This document shows positions 40,832 to 53,950 of a stretch of 64,000 bases of DNA, in pieces. Under the pieces are notes generated by a model. It had not been told where the DNA came from. It did not search any database and was given only the letters and a program-made list of their open reading frames with translations. The translations under genes were made by a program, and so were the position numbers. How positions within the stretch are numbered: position 1 is the first letter of the stretch; the number at the start of each line of letters is the position of its first letter. The stretch lies in the NCBI GenBank assembly GCA_051294375.1, contig CM119267.1:24110111-24174110 (forward strand), in the 5' to 3' direction. The DNA is from Paraspadella gotoi. Its lineage: Eukaryota > Animalia > Chaetognatha.

Positions 40832-41260
40832 TGTAGCGCGAAAATTGAATAAACCGCGAATCTAATACTCGGTTTTACTATCGACTTTTCCGAGGGACTG
40901 AATTGTAAATCATTAAGAAAGATTCTCTCCTCCCAAGAATTATTCGTTTTTCTTACTTCAAAACAATATTACGGTGTCTAAATAACATTTTTGAAGTGAT
41001 GATATTTTTTGGGCATAAGTATGACTTTCCTTTAATTAGTTTAAAAACAAGTTTTTACTTTTTAATCCTTTCACTCTTTGTAGCAAATCATGTTACGTTT
41101 AAAAAATCAGGGTGCACAGAATTGTTTGTAAGTTTAATTATCAAAACTATCGTAAACGACAGTACAAAAGTTCAGAGTAATTCGTCGGCGCGTTAACTTT
41201 ATTAAACTCATGTTGAATGGAATTGAACTAAACGAAATTTAAAGTGAGGTTCCGCATCCT

Positions 41261-44137
41261 TTAAGGAATGTAGTTCTGATTAATGACTTGGTGCTCTTCA
41301 AATCTGTGGAGCTTCGGCAACTTGTTCGCCGGCTCTAACTTTCCGCATCCTTCGGAAACGTTGACATTTGACCCGTACATCAGGTTCACCGGTAGCTGAA
41401 AGTCCGGCGGAGTTGCCTGAAGTTGCGCGTACGGGATTGGACATGGGATGTCCATCCAGTAGGCCAAATGTTTAATTGTCCCGATGAATGGACGGCGCAG
41501 GATCTGATTTGAATCGGATCAGGGCCGATTGGAGAGAAGGGTCAGGGAGGGAGAAGGGGAAAGGAAAAGAAAGGAAAATCAGAAAAAAAGGAAGAAATAA
41601 TAAAGGGGAAAGGAAAAAATAAAAGGGGAGAGAGACAGAGAGAGAGAGAGAGAGAGAAAAAGACAGAGAGAAAGAGAGAGAGAGAGAGAGAAATAAAGAG
41701 AGAGAGAGGGGAGAGAAGTTAAAAAAAACATAATGAGAAAGAGAGAAATGAGAAACGAGAAGAAAAAAAAGAGAGAGAGAGAAAAAGAAAGAAAGAGAGA
41801 GAGAGCGCTAAATAATTAAAACAGAGAGAGATCCAACCTTGACTAATTTTCCAGCGAGGATTATTTCATCGTTCCGCTGCGCTCCAACGTAGTAAATTGG
41901 TTTTCTAACTTTCAGTGGATTCCTTACGACCTGAAAGAAAAGTTGTCAATATATCAAAGATATCATATACATACACCATTCCTTCATACGAACCTGACGA
42001 AAAATGATTTTATTTTCCTACCTTTTGTATAATATTGTAAAGGTCCCGCTTGATTGTTTTTCCTCCGTTGAAGTAGAAAGCGACATTTCCGGGCAAAATT
42101 TTAGGCTTTTTTTTGGCTAAATGAATTAATTTTAAAAATTTAACGACTGAACTTTATTTTTTTCACGATTTTTGAATTTAATGTTGAAAGTTGAAGAGTA
42201 AAAAACAGGCGTCACATTTTAAGTCGGATCTGCATATCGCAGATTCCGACTCTAATTCACTTTGTCGGTCCGTCTGTCCATCCCCCAATCTTGTCGGTCA
42301 TTCACTTAGATCATCTCTGAACCTCAAATTATGATAAATTATGCAAAAAAAATGGTATCCTTCCGTCCGTCCCCCCTTAGCATTATACTCCAATTACTCG
42401 TGATTGAATAGATGGATTAGAATAAAATTTTGTGTGTGGGTAAGAAAGTGTATGATTGAGTTGGATATGAAGTTTCGATGGAATCGTCCGAGTAGAAATA
42501 AGTTTAAATGGAAAAACAAAACAATATATTTCACTATTTGAACGCCAATTACTCGAGAGTGGATGGGGCAATTGACTTGATTTTTTTTATGTGGTTAGGA
42601 AAGTGTGTGAGGAAATCAAGTTTCGATGGAATCATTTTATTGGAATTGAGTTTAAATGGAAAAAAACAAAAAAACCTGTTTCACTAATTGATTATGCTTA
42701 TTTTTCTTTTTATATTAAATGTAAATGCAAGAAGTATTAATTAATCAAATAATTAATCAGTTAATTAATCAATTAATTATTCAAAAATTAATTAATCAGT
42801 CAATTAATCAATCAATATATTATTCAATAAATAAATTTATTTATCTATTAATAAATTATTCAATCAATCAATTTATTTATCAATTAATTAATTATTTAAT
42901 CAATAAATCAATCAATCAATCAATCAAGTCAATCGTTATTGGCATTATTGTCGTCGTCGTCATCATCGTCATCGTTGCTTTTGTCCTGTTCACTGGTCAG
43001 TGACAAAAAGATCTAAAATTAATTAATTAATTAATTAATTTTATTATTAAATTAATTAATTACCGCTAATGATCGTGGGCAGCTCCGACATTGTTTGCTC
43101 AAACTTGTTTTTCAACCGCCTTACCGTCTCGATGCGGAATTTAAATAAACTTAGTTTATTTTTAATTAGTTTGATTACAAGTTATAATAAAACTAAATAT
43201 AATTTTTCCTGACGTCGATCGTCCTCTTTGATTTTGACGCAGAACAATAAATCCGCTGTTTTGTTTCTTGGCAACGAAAACCGAAGGCTGCTATCCAGGT
43301 AGAGTCTGAAACAGTTAAAAAAATCAATTGAAACAAACAAACAATCTATCAAACAAACAAACAAACAAACAAACGGCTCGCTCGCTAAAATATTAATTTT
43401 TTTCTTCGTTTATCCGTAAATCTGTACAATGTACATTGTACATTAGGCCTTAGCAAATTTTTAAAAGTTACAGAATTTAACCCTATAGTACAAATTAATC
43501 CCCTATATGCTACTAATTTTTTTCTATCTTTGTTTTTTGAAAAATCAATCAATAAGTGCTTGAAACTCTTCAAAATTTGCAAAAAAAAAAAAACCGTTTT
43601 TTTTTCATTAAAAAAGATAGATATCTTATAAATATCAGTCGGAATCAAATTTAACCTGCGTCAACTTAAAGAGAAGACAAAATACTTCATTTTACAAAAT
43701 CCAAAAAATCGTTCAAGCTATAGCAACGGGGAAACATGAGTGACGGCCGGGGTGTGAGGCATCTCGCGAGACCTGACGCTCAGACCTGCCGTGACCAGAG
43801 GCGTGTTTCTGGCGACACAATCACAGTTTAACCAGCGTATCCGGAAGGGGACTGAACTCGAATCTCACGGTTGGTGAACGAGTACGTAGCTGTCCAAGCC
43901 AATGGGACGAGCTGAGTTTCACCAAGCCATACGGGAGGCAAATTTAGGATTCGCCATAAATTATGGCATAATGCGTCTATTACTCAGACATACATACTAA
44001 CTCACACGCCCACTCTTTCTCTCACTCGCTCCTTAACCCATTCTTTATCTCTACAAAGTCCCGAAGACCATCGATGACTCAGATACTTTTTTTGAGCCTT
44101 CCCGTTCAAGAGAGATATCCAGCATCCACCTTCGTCC

Positions 44138-44175
<38 letters not shown>

Positions 44176-44178
44176 TCT

Positions 44179-44239
<61 letters not shown>

Positions 44240-47200
44240 GATCTTTCCTTCCCCACCCTCTCTCTGTCCCCCAATCCCCATCTCACTTCTGCCCCATGAC
44301 GTAAATCTGCAAGGGATTGATCTGGACGAGAAATTCCGGGACCTGCCTCTTCTGCGCGCCGCCGCGGTCGTCGTAGACGGCGAACAGTGTCGATCCAACC
44401 TCTGAAGAGGGGCAGGCAGGGTGGTTGAGGAGTTTGAAGGTGGGGGGGGGGGGTGACGAGGTACGATGAAAATGAAGGGGGGATGAAATGAGAGTTAAAT
44501 TTTTTTTTTTTCCATAGTGCCCCCCATTTCGTTTTATATTTAGAATAGTTTAAAGCTTAGGTTAGAAGTTGAGGTTAGTGATATGATTAAGGTCAGTGAT
44601 TAGGTGAAGGATGTGCTTTGACCGAATATCCTCGGCCGTCCTCTCTCGCCATTTCGGACCAGGAGGTCACATTTTACCGGATGAGTTGGTCTCTACCCCG
44701 ATTTCGTCGGGAATGAAGAGTTGGACATGAAGGAAGAATCCGTCGTACACAGATTTTTGAACTAAAAAAAAGAAGATAACTTTTGGAGTCTAATTGCTTA
44801 CTCGAATAAACCCCTCCTTCAAAAAAAAACATTTACTGGCTATCGGCATTTGCATTGATGATGTAGGGCCATGAAAAATTCATAAAACCTATCAGCGAAC
44901 TGACGTACCATCTCAACCTAACGTTCCGGGTTCGATCCCGGCTATACCACGATTCATTTGCAAAGAATTATTTAATTAGCCTAATAGTTTAAACGCGCAA
45001 GTGGAAGGATAAAAGGTCCCCTATTGCCGATCGGTACGATCTCCATATCCGACGGCATCACAATCAATTCGCCACCTTGCTAAATCTTTTAGTTTTGAAT
45101 AGTATTACCTTAACGGTTAACCCAGAAATAAATAAAATAAATCAATAAACGACAATCAGTCAAATCCTAATCTTGCTCATTACGATGGCAACAACAACAA
45201 CAACAAAAACGACGACTCACGTCCAGGCGCCAAATAGCGTGACCCGTCGATCTCAAAAAATCCTGGACCATCGAACTTCCAAGTGCAGTCCGCAGGATCT
45301 GTTGTCATTAAACGACCAGTCTTGAGTAGATCTGAATCCTCTTCCTCCTGCAGCGAAAGAGGATGAGAAACGATGAAAAATGAGGAAGTGGAGCGAAACC
45401 AGATGGACAAATATATTGAGGAGTTTATTCATAAAAAATAGCTTATTAATTAATTAATTATTATTTAATAGTAGCTTCAATCAAAGATTAATGGGCTAAA
45501 TTTTACTTTCGCCGACCGCGGTTTTGGCGGCTTTTGAAAAACTACTTAAAAATATTTATTTTTAGAAAAAAAAATTTAAAAAATATTACTTAATTACTCT
45601 AACCCTAAACCCTCTTAACCCTTACCACCCCTAACCTTAAACTACCCCTAAACCACCCTTAACCCTCACCCTTTCCTAACCCCTCCCTAACCCCGGTCGG
45701 CGAAAGTAAAAGTAACCCGATTAATTTTTAGGTTCGATATTATATCGAATAGATTCAATCATTAACCGAAATCATTTTTGAACGATTAGATTTTGCCCTC
45801 GTTTGCTCCAGATACACCAGACTTGCTCGAGCCCTCTTCCCCCCTCGCACAACCAGTTCCCCTTACTTCAAATAGCTCCTTGTTGTTGTCCTCTTCTTCG
45901 CCGCTCTGCTCCTGTTCCCTCTTCTTTCGCAGGTTCTCCTCCACTCGCTCCGCATCCTCTTGCTTCGGCGGGGGCGTTCCCGTCCACTTTCCCTTCTCTT
46001 TGTTCAATGCGTTTTGCAGCAAATTAAGTTGCTTCTTCACTTTTATCAAAGTCGCGTTGAGGTTGGCGACTTTTTTCGCTTTTTTAGACTCCTCCGTGGT
46101 CACTAGGGTGATGTGAAAATAAGCAAATTTTATCAAATTAAAATTTAGCATGTAAACTATAAAAATAAAATTAATAAATATATTTTTTTATTTTTTAAAA
46201 TTTTATACATCAGTGGGTACCAGTATATATTTATATATAAGTATATAATAGGCTAAGATTTCAAAATACAAATTTTTAAATTTTAAGATCTGATTTAAAT
46301 TATTTGCAAAAAGTTGATATAAGAAAGTATAATTTTTTTTAAATTATTTTGTTAAGTTGGTTAAAAATATAAAAAACTATTTAAAATACTAAATTTAATT
46401 TCTTAGCTAAAAAATATAGTTTTTTTCATTTTAACCTACTTAATAACATAATTTTTGAAAAAAAATTATATTTTTTTGTATTAACTTTTAACGAGGAATC
46501 TGAATCTGTTTTTAGAATTAAAAAAGAACATTTTAAAATTTTGATATTATATAAGAGTAATAATATATACAAAATAAGCTGAAAGGTTACTATATTTATT
46601 AAAAAAAATAAAAAACTATAGATTAATATTCATTAATATAATAATTTTTAAAATATAACTGCTAAATTTGGATTCCAAACTTTCACTTCACCCGAGTGGT
46701 CACTAAAGGGGCGGTTTTCGAGCGGGTTAATCGATTGGTTAATAGGGTTAATCGAAGGGAGAATTAAAGCGGTCTAATCAACATTAATTATGATTAGTGT
46801 TAATATTACTTTTATGGTGTGGCAGATCAAAATCCGAAACGATCTTGTTAGATTTTTAAAACGGAACTTGAAGTCTCTCTCTCTCTCTCTCTCTGATTCA
46901 TGACCATTGTCTCTCTTTAAACATAGCATTATTGTTAAAGTTGTTAAAGATGCATGGCGTTAGAACGTTTTTGATAAGTAGTATCTGTGTCTCTTTCTCC
47001 CTCCTCGATTTACGAGAGATTCGCGAAACGAGTTTTAGTATTCAAATGATTTCTCACTAAAATTGTTCGCCCGGAGAAACTTCGTTCTTACGAGTCTCCA
47101 AGGAATTGTTCTAATAAGTTAATTAACTATTTACATATTCGATATCCACTTTTCCTTTGCCTCGTTTGACTCACGATAAAACATTTCGTTACCCGCGAAT

Positions 47201-47411
47201 CAACGACTTTCGTCTCCGCAAGCGTCAACTCTCAAATAACTTTACAATTATTGTTAGTTCTCATTTTTTATATTAAACTCATTCACTTTTTAAGGGAAGC
47301 TCAATTAAATCCTACTTCTAGAACTCTGTCGAGGAACTAAATCACAAACCGAAACTTACCCATCTGCAGCGCGAAGGCCAAACCCAAGATGATCGCGATT
47401 CGACGCATCAT
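41261..47411 (-). CDS. PXL4: secreted coiled-coil + pentraxin/LamG-like protein (no TM)
   Basis: 47411-47360 MMRRIAIILGLAFALQM; ~46102-45867 NLNATLIKVKKQLNLLQNAL; ~45348-45221 ADCTWKFDGPGFFEIDGSRYLAPG; ~44761-44678 SVYDGFFLHVQLFIP; ~44401-44287 GSTLFAVYDD...PEFLVQINPLQIYVMG; from ~43306 LPRNKTADLLFCVK; ~42117-42022; ~41930-41838 IYYVGAQRND; ~41503-41261 FIGTIKHLAYWMDIPCP...EGCGKL...NQNYIP*. Canonical GT-AG sites with consistent phases. Confidence 0.85.
42220..43110 (+). mobile_element. Helentron/DINE-1-like repeat (family R2) in a PXL4 intron
   Basis: Terminal hairpin, GTCY repeats, colinear with 21270-21930. Confidence 0.55.
45493..45718. mobile_element. ~225-bp MITE (family R3)
   Basis: TIR ttttactttcgccgacc...ggtcggcgaaagtaaaa; CCCTAA-rich interior; other copies at 53408-53577 and 56330-56548. 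Confidence 0.75.
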
Positions 47412-48401
47412 TTCTTGTGCGAATCGCTAAACCAAGAATCTAACTATTCATTTTACGTATCGTATTTTTCTCTTTTTAGGATTTTAGGAAATCGATAAAA
47501 GTCGTTCTCTATTTAGCGATGTATTCGATTTAATATAAGGTTTTATTTTCTCCGAAATTATTACAAATGGCGATCAATTTACTGAGATAATTTATGAAAA
47601 GTCGGCTTACGCATAGGGTGGAAAAAGTCACCGATGAGTCTTATTTTCACATTAGGGTTCAGACAAGCTTCCTTTACTTGTGCGAGTCAAGGCAGCGAAT
47701 TAGTCTAAATAACAAATCTTTGAATATTAAAAATTAAACAGCTTTTTTGCTTTTTAAAACAACCTGATCTGAGCGCAATCCGCCAATTCAGGTAAATGAC
47801 ACGTCACATTCCGCCTACGAGCAATGCCACCAATAGGAACGCGAGTCAACTTGATATCTAGAACGCTCGCTTGTACGCCACCGAAACTGCGCTATCTAGA
47901 CATAGTTCGGATAACAAAGATGACGAAGTATTTTTACATTGCCAAATTATCTGGTGGCTAATAATCTACCAACCGCTCTCAGCGTTCATTGGTGCAGGAA
48001 ATCATTCGCCTCCCAACTCAAAAGGTCCGAGGTTCTAGCCCGGTGGCCGCATAACAGTTAAAAGGGACAGGACGCTTATCCTGCCTGTAACACGGTGTTA
48101 CAGGCGAAACTCCGAAACTCAGGGACTGCTTATATTGAACGGTTCTATCATTACCTCATAACAATTATTCTGTCTCTACATATCACTTGTAACTCAAGTT
48201 AAAATTTAAAAAAAAAATATTGTACAAGATCGTGTTATAATTATCGGAGGCGGATGTATAATCATCATTAATCGTTGTAAACTATAATTATAATAATATG
48301 TAATCGAATCAAAGTAACGAAATCGAAGAGAAAAAAAAATTCTTGACGAAGAAAAGTTGAACTTGGATTAATTTGTTCGTCGAGTCCTCGAATCTGAAAA
48401 A

Positions 48402-48446
<45 letters not shown>

Positions 48447-48966
48447 GAGGAAGTGATGGAATGAAACCCATTCTCAAATAATTATTGCTTAGAATTCCTT
48501 GAATTTTTCTCGATCGCACATTTTCGTCGCGTTTTAAAGCTTGTACTCCGTGAAAAGAACTCGAATAAAATGACTTAAATAACGGGTAATATTTTTTCCC
48601 ACCATTTAATCGATAAATTCCAAGCTCCCACTAATAAGAGGACCTTGTCGCCTTCTCGGAGGTCACATGTCTGCCGATTCGTCGCCGCTCGCGAAGGACG
48701 ACTCTGACAGAGAAATCAATTGATAAGACACGAAAGTCGATATCTCTGTTGATCGAGAGGAAAATGACTTATCCGTTCGCCCTCTAATGGCATTCAAACC
48801 CGGTTGGTAAAAAGAGAGAGTGCTCGTTTCTACTGCGTCACGGCACTCGCTTAAAGTTAAACATCTAACCATATCTCGCTCTCGATGTCACCCCTAATCG
48901 CAAACTCGACCTCATCCCTAACCTCATCATATTCGCCTCTAACCCTCACCCCCTAACCTTCACTCC

Positions 48967-50280
48967 CTAACCTTCCATAGAATCCTTATCGTGTCTGAAC
49001 CCGTTCTCTTCGTCGCAACCCAAATTTCTCTTTTGTTCTCCGCCGTTGTTTCCGTTTCTGTTTTTCTTTTTGTTTTTGTTGCTTTTGTTCCAGTTTGTAT
49101 CATTCCTCTTCCTCCTCCTCGTCCCCATGTTTTCGTTCTCTCCTTCGTCATCTTCGTCTTCTTCTTCATCTTCATCCTTTTGCCCGATGGTGTTTATCCT
49201 TTAAATTGTTCAATTTTGATTATGAATATTATTTTTATTAATAAAATATAGACTATACAGAGAAAAGACTATATAGAATATACAAATATCTTCCCTTAGA
49301 TGTTTAATGACATTGTTAGGATCTCTTATTTATCAATATCATTCGACAAGCTGTAGCGGTATAGAGTTAAATTCCTGCCTCTCTCTAGACATTTAACAAT
49401 ATTTAAAAAAATGATGTGCTCAACAATATGGAGACGAAATATATATATATATATCAATCTCCCCTAAATATTTAAAATCGGCAACATTTTCTTCTCCAGC
49501 TACCTTATCGCTAATCGGATTTTAGTTACAAACCTTTCCACGTATTAAACATTCAACTAAACAAACACATAAAACTCCAAACTTCTTGTTCTCACCGATA
49601 AACTCCAATAATAAAGATGGCGACGACGGCGACGCCGAGAATCACGAATCCAAGGATGCAGCCAACGCCGCAGCCATCGCCGCTGGCGCCGGAGCCTTCC
49701 CCGCCCGAGGCTTCGCTGGAGTTGCCGATCCGCTCGGGCAGGTTGGAGACCTGTTCCGGGAAGGCGCTGCTCGGATTTCCCTTTTTCGATTTAGCCTTTG
49801 GGCCTCCTTTGCCGCTCGCAGCTCCACTGCCTTTTTTAGAGGCTTTTCCTCCAGCGGGCGAATTCCCAGGAGATCCTCCTCCTCCTCCTCCTCCTCCTGA
49901 TCCTCCTCCTGCGGCAGAACTAGGCGCAGATGCCGGCGCCGACGCGGCGGGAGAGGATCCGCCGGCTGAGGCTGCAGACGCAGCCTCTCGCATATCTGAA
50001 AAAAGGAGGATGGAAGGAGATAGAGAAAAAGTACGAAATATCGGGTTTTGTTACTTACCCTGACCCTCCTCATCCTCTCCAGCTTCTTCTTCATACTCAT
50101 CGGCATTTTTCCAGCCGCCATGCCGCTGCTTTCGACGATGCCGCAGCTGTGACGGCTTCAATTCGTTTATGGACGAATTCTGCAGCAAATCTGTCAACTC
50201 CTGCAGCTGCCGCACGAGACCGTCGAGCCGGTGCCAGACGGCGAGCTCTCGACGAGATTGGTGACGGGCGTGGGTCGCTG

Positions 50281-50341
<61 letters not shown>

Positions 50342-50581
50342 TATAACTTTTTCAATTGAATAAAAAAAACATCTTCTCTATTCAACTCTATTTTTCCATT
50401 TAGTTCTTCAATTCGTTGTCTCGACTGTCAGACGCCGGACAAACTCGTCTATCTCGATGTAATTCTGCGTCCGACTGTCCGTCCATCGGTCGGTCAATTT
50501 CTAAAGACTGTCCGTCCCCTATCTCATCTCACCGGGCAAAAGTTGTTGAAGGAAAACCAAGGATATGATGATAGATTTCAT
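48967..50581 (-). CDS. PXL5: type I membrane protein with short coiled coil, Gly/Ser/Ala stalk, GCGVGC-TM and acidic/Asn-Lys tail, lacking the pentraxin-like domain
   Basis: 50581-50533 MKSIIISLVFLQQLLP; ~50277-50059 THARHQSRR...LVRQLQELTDLLQ...RHRRKQR; ~49995-49596 ...GDGCGVGCILGFVILGVAVVAIFIIGVYR; ~49198-48967 DEDEEEDEDDE...KKKNRNGNN. Phases consistent; stop position uncertain (a possible indel would extend it to ~48857). Confidence 0.8.
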
Positions 50582-51087
50582 CTTTTCTTTTGTTTCAGCG
50601 TCGAATCGGATAAAATCATTTTCTACGCCGTGGATTTTCTCTTTTCACATCTTATTTTTATCGCCGTGCCGCTTAATGAGTCCAAAGTATTATTCGCTTT
50701 TATCTTTAAATTTTCGATCAATAATTCAACAGGGAAAAAAATCTTTAAAGAATAGGATCTCTCCTGACGAGAGAAGGAAATAAAGAAATAAAAAAAGAAA
50801 GACAAAAAATTGACGCGATGATGACCAATAACCAATAATTGATGCGATGATAACCAAATGATTGATGCGATGATAGTCATTCATTGATATGATGATAATC
50901 ATTCATTGATGCGATGATCGTCATTCTTTGACACGATGAATCGTTCAACGTAAATAAAACAAACAAATGCGTGTATGAGTGAGAGAGAGAGAGAAAGGGA
51001 GAGAGAGAGAGAGAGAAAGAAAGAGAAAATAATCAGAATTTCTCAAAAAACGAACGATCATGCAAGAGATCGTACAGAGAGAGACAG

Positions 51088-51180
<93 letters not shown>

Positions 51181-53407
51181 AGCTGGACAGTTTTCCCGCC
51201 AACGAGACGCATAATTAGGTCACTCTCGTTTATATCGGTTATCCGTTGCCTCGCAACGGCGGCGAGATCTAGGTCAAGTTGATTTTTTTTTATACACGTA
51301 ACGTTTCCGCCGTGTGAAATTGGGTCATGTTGATTTTTTTATACACGTAACGTTTCCGTTGCCATCGAAACGTGTTATTAGGTCATGTCTCGACATTGTT
51401 TACTCGTTGCCCCGCAACGGCCACGAAATCCAGGTCAAGTAACTTATTTTTCACATTTTCTTCAATTTTCTTCAAAATTTCAAGTTTTTCTTTCTTTTTT
51501 TTCATTTAATAGGCCATTCTCTTGTATTTTGTATTAAGAAAAAAGGGCGGAGTAAATGGCGAAAAAAAAGTTTTTAGAAGGAAAATAATCAGAATTTTTC
51601 AAAAATCAAAAAAACGAACGATCACGCAAGAGATCGTACAGAGTAGATATGCATGTAGTTTCGCCGTCCGTGGCATTTTCGTATATATTTTTATATCGAT
51701 CGATAGGAAATGATGTCAATAATGCGCATGCAAAATTTCAAGTCAATCGGTCAACGCGTTTAGAAATGGCAGGCAAAAACCCGCCGTTTTTTCAGTCCTC
51801 TTCGCAAAACAGATTCGCGATCGAAAAATAATTTTTTTGGTTCCACTAAACGTTTGAACTAGCGCTCGCTTCGTAGTTATTTTTATTTAAGCCGCGAACG
51901 ATCGAGCGGGAAGGCGGTAAACTAAAAATGCGCGTTTGGGTCCTAATTTGAATTTTTTTAAAAAAACATCAAAGGGCCAAATAATGTTAATTACAAACGA
52001 ATATAAGATAAATGAATTCAATCAATTTAATAATAAATCAAAATGTGTGTAGCAAGGACAATGATTTAAAATTCAACAAACCCAAACATGGTCATCAAAT
52101 CCCTCTTTCCGAATTACAGAGCAGCGAATCTCTCTCGCTTCAAACCAAGTGCCTGAATGAGTATCGTTTCTCTGTAGGTTTTTTATTATGCTCCGTAAGG
52201 GGAACAGAAAAACAACCCAAGATACCTTTATTTTACAGAAAGCTTTTAAATTTTCTATTACTCGTGAATAATAACTGCAGCCGACATAGAAGGTTGGACA
52301 TTAATGGTTTAGGTTTCAGTTAGGGATAATGTTAGATCGGGGGATAAGAATTAGGGTGATGGATTAGGGTTAGAGATAATGATTAAGTTAGGATTAGTAC
52401 TAACACACAAAAACTTTATGATAAAACTACAATTTGTCATAAACTACGCTACCTTTACAAGAAAAATCTGGCGGTCAGGATCGGGATCACCGAAACGACG
52501 ATGATAATTTTAAAGATGGAGGAAGTAGTTGCGACGGTGAGAGCGACGACGAAAGGAGTGACATATGAAGCGACAAAGCAGCAAAAGAGACGAGTTTTGT
52601 GCGTGTGTTTAAGTCCGCTGCTTCAGGAGATGCAAGAATGCCAAACCTCTTGTGGAGAGGCGGGAAAACCGACTCACTGGTCACCTCGACGTCCTCTTGC
52701 AGTCGTCTCTTGGTCCTATCATCGACAGCTTCCGGGAGCTCAGAGAAGAGATCTCTCGCGCTCAGCGCCGTCCTTCCACCACCTTAATCTTATCGGGCAT
52801 TCACTTATATCATGTCAGAACATCAAATTATGATAAATTATTGCAAAAAAAAAAAACGATGTACGTCCGTCCGTCTGTCTGTCCGTCCATTCTACCTTAG
52901 CAAAAAAACTTCAATTGCTCGTGCTTTAGAGTAATGATTTTTTAAAGTTTGTCTCGATAAAGGGTCCCTCCCCTGTACAATCAGAATTCTACATTGAAGA
53001 GCATTACTCTTTATGAAAATAAAATTTATTAAGTAATACAATAAGCATCTACAACTAATACGGACAGTGAGACAACATGGTTGAAATCAAGATAAATGTT
53101 ACTGTTCTAAAGTTTGATGCATCCTTCTAATAAAGGCAATTCGAAAAGTGTTACAAGTTTTAACGACCATCAACTAATACGATCTATAAAAGGATGAATA
53201 TAAAATAATAGAAGGGGCATATATTGGTTCAGTTTTCAATTTTCCGGTCTAAACAGAATCACCACTTGTATGAGATACTTAGACGACAAAAAAAAGAACA
53301 TGGAACATCAAAGGTATTAAATAAATATAATTTTAAGCTACCTAAACAGTTAACCTCTCATATTACAAATTCAATCGCAGATTAATTAAGCCTTTTTATG
53401 TCGCTTA

Positions 53408-53577
53408 ATTTTACTTTCGCCGACAGGGGTTAGGGCGGCGGATTAAGGGTAGTTAAGGTCAAGACTGATTAGGATAATTATGGTAATAATTTTATTTAAT
53501 TTCTTTTTTAAATAAATATTTTTAAGTGGTTTTCAAAGACGCCAAAACAAAGGTCGGCGAAAGTAAATTTTTATCCC
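53408..53577. mobile_element. MITE family R3 copy
   Basis: ttttactttcgccgac...gtcggcgaaagtaaa TIRs. Confidence 0.7.
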
Positions 53578-53727
53578 TTGTCTTAATAACGCTCGAAATT
53601 ACCGCTCTGCAGTCTGCATGATATGACGAATGGAGTAATCACTATGGACATAATAATATGCTGAGTGACATAATATCACGAGCCATTAAATATGACCATT
53701 CCTTGATCAGCGTCATTATGGCCATAA

Positions 53728-53950
53728 TAGCGCACTGGGCTAACGCTCTATCTCAGAACCAACGGTCCTGGGTACTAGCTCTGGTCGGTACGGTCCTTGA
53801 AAAATAGTGACGGGCTGGTTAAACCACCGCTCACCGCCAGATCTGAAGTTCCGGAAAGGGAAGACAAACTGATGGGAAAATCTCACAGAACCACAGGGGT
53901 ATTCACCACCTCAGAGAGGCACGGGGACCTCTCTCCTTTCCGTCACTTCA
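53728..53950 (+). mobile_element. Possible tRNA-derived SINE remnant
   Basis: A/B-box-like head (agcgcactgggctaacgct...cctgggtactagctctgg); similar heads near 44900-44950 (ggttcgatccc) and 48000-48050. Confidence 0.3.

Noticed and set aside
44900-48060. tRNA genes at ggttcgatccc / ggttctagccc motifs
   Set aside because: No cloverleaf could be folded; more likely SINE heads.
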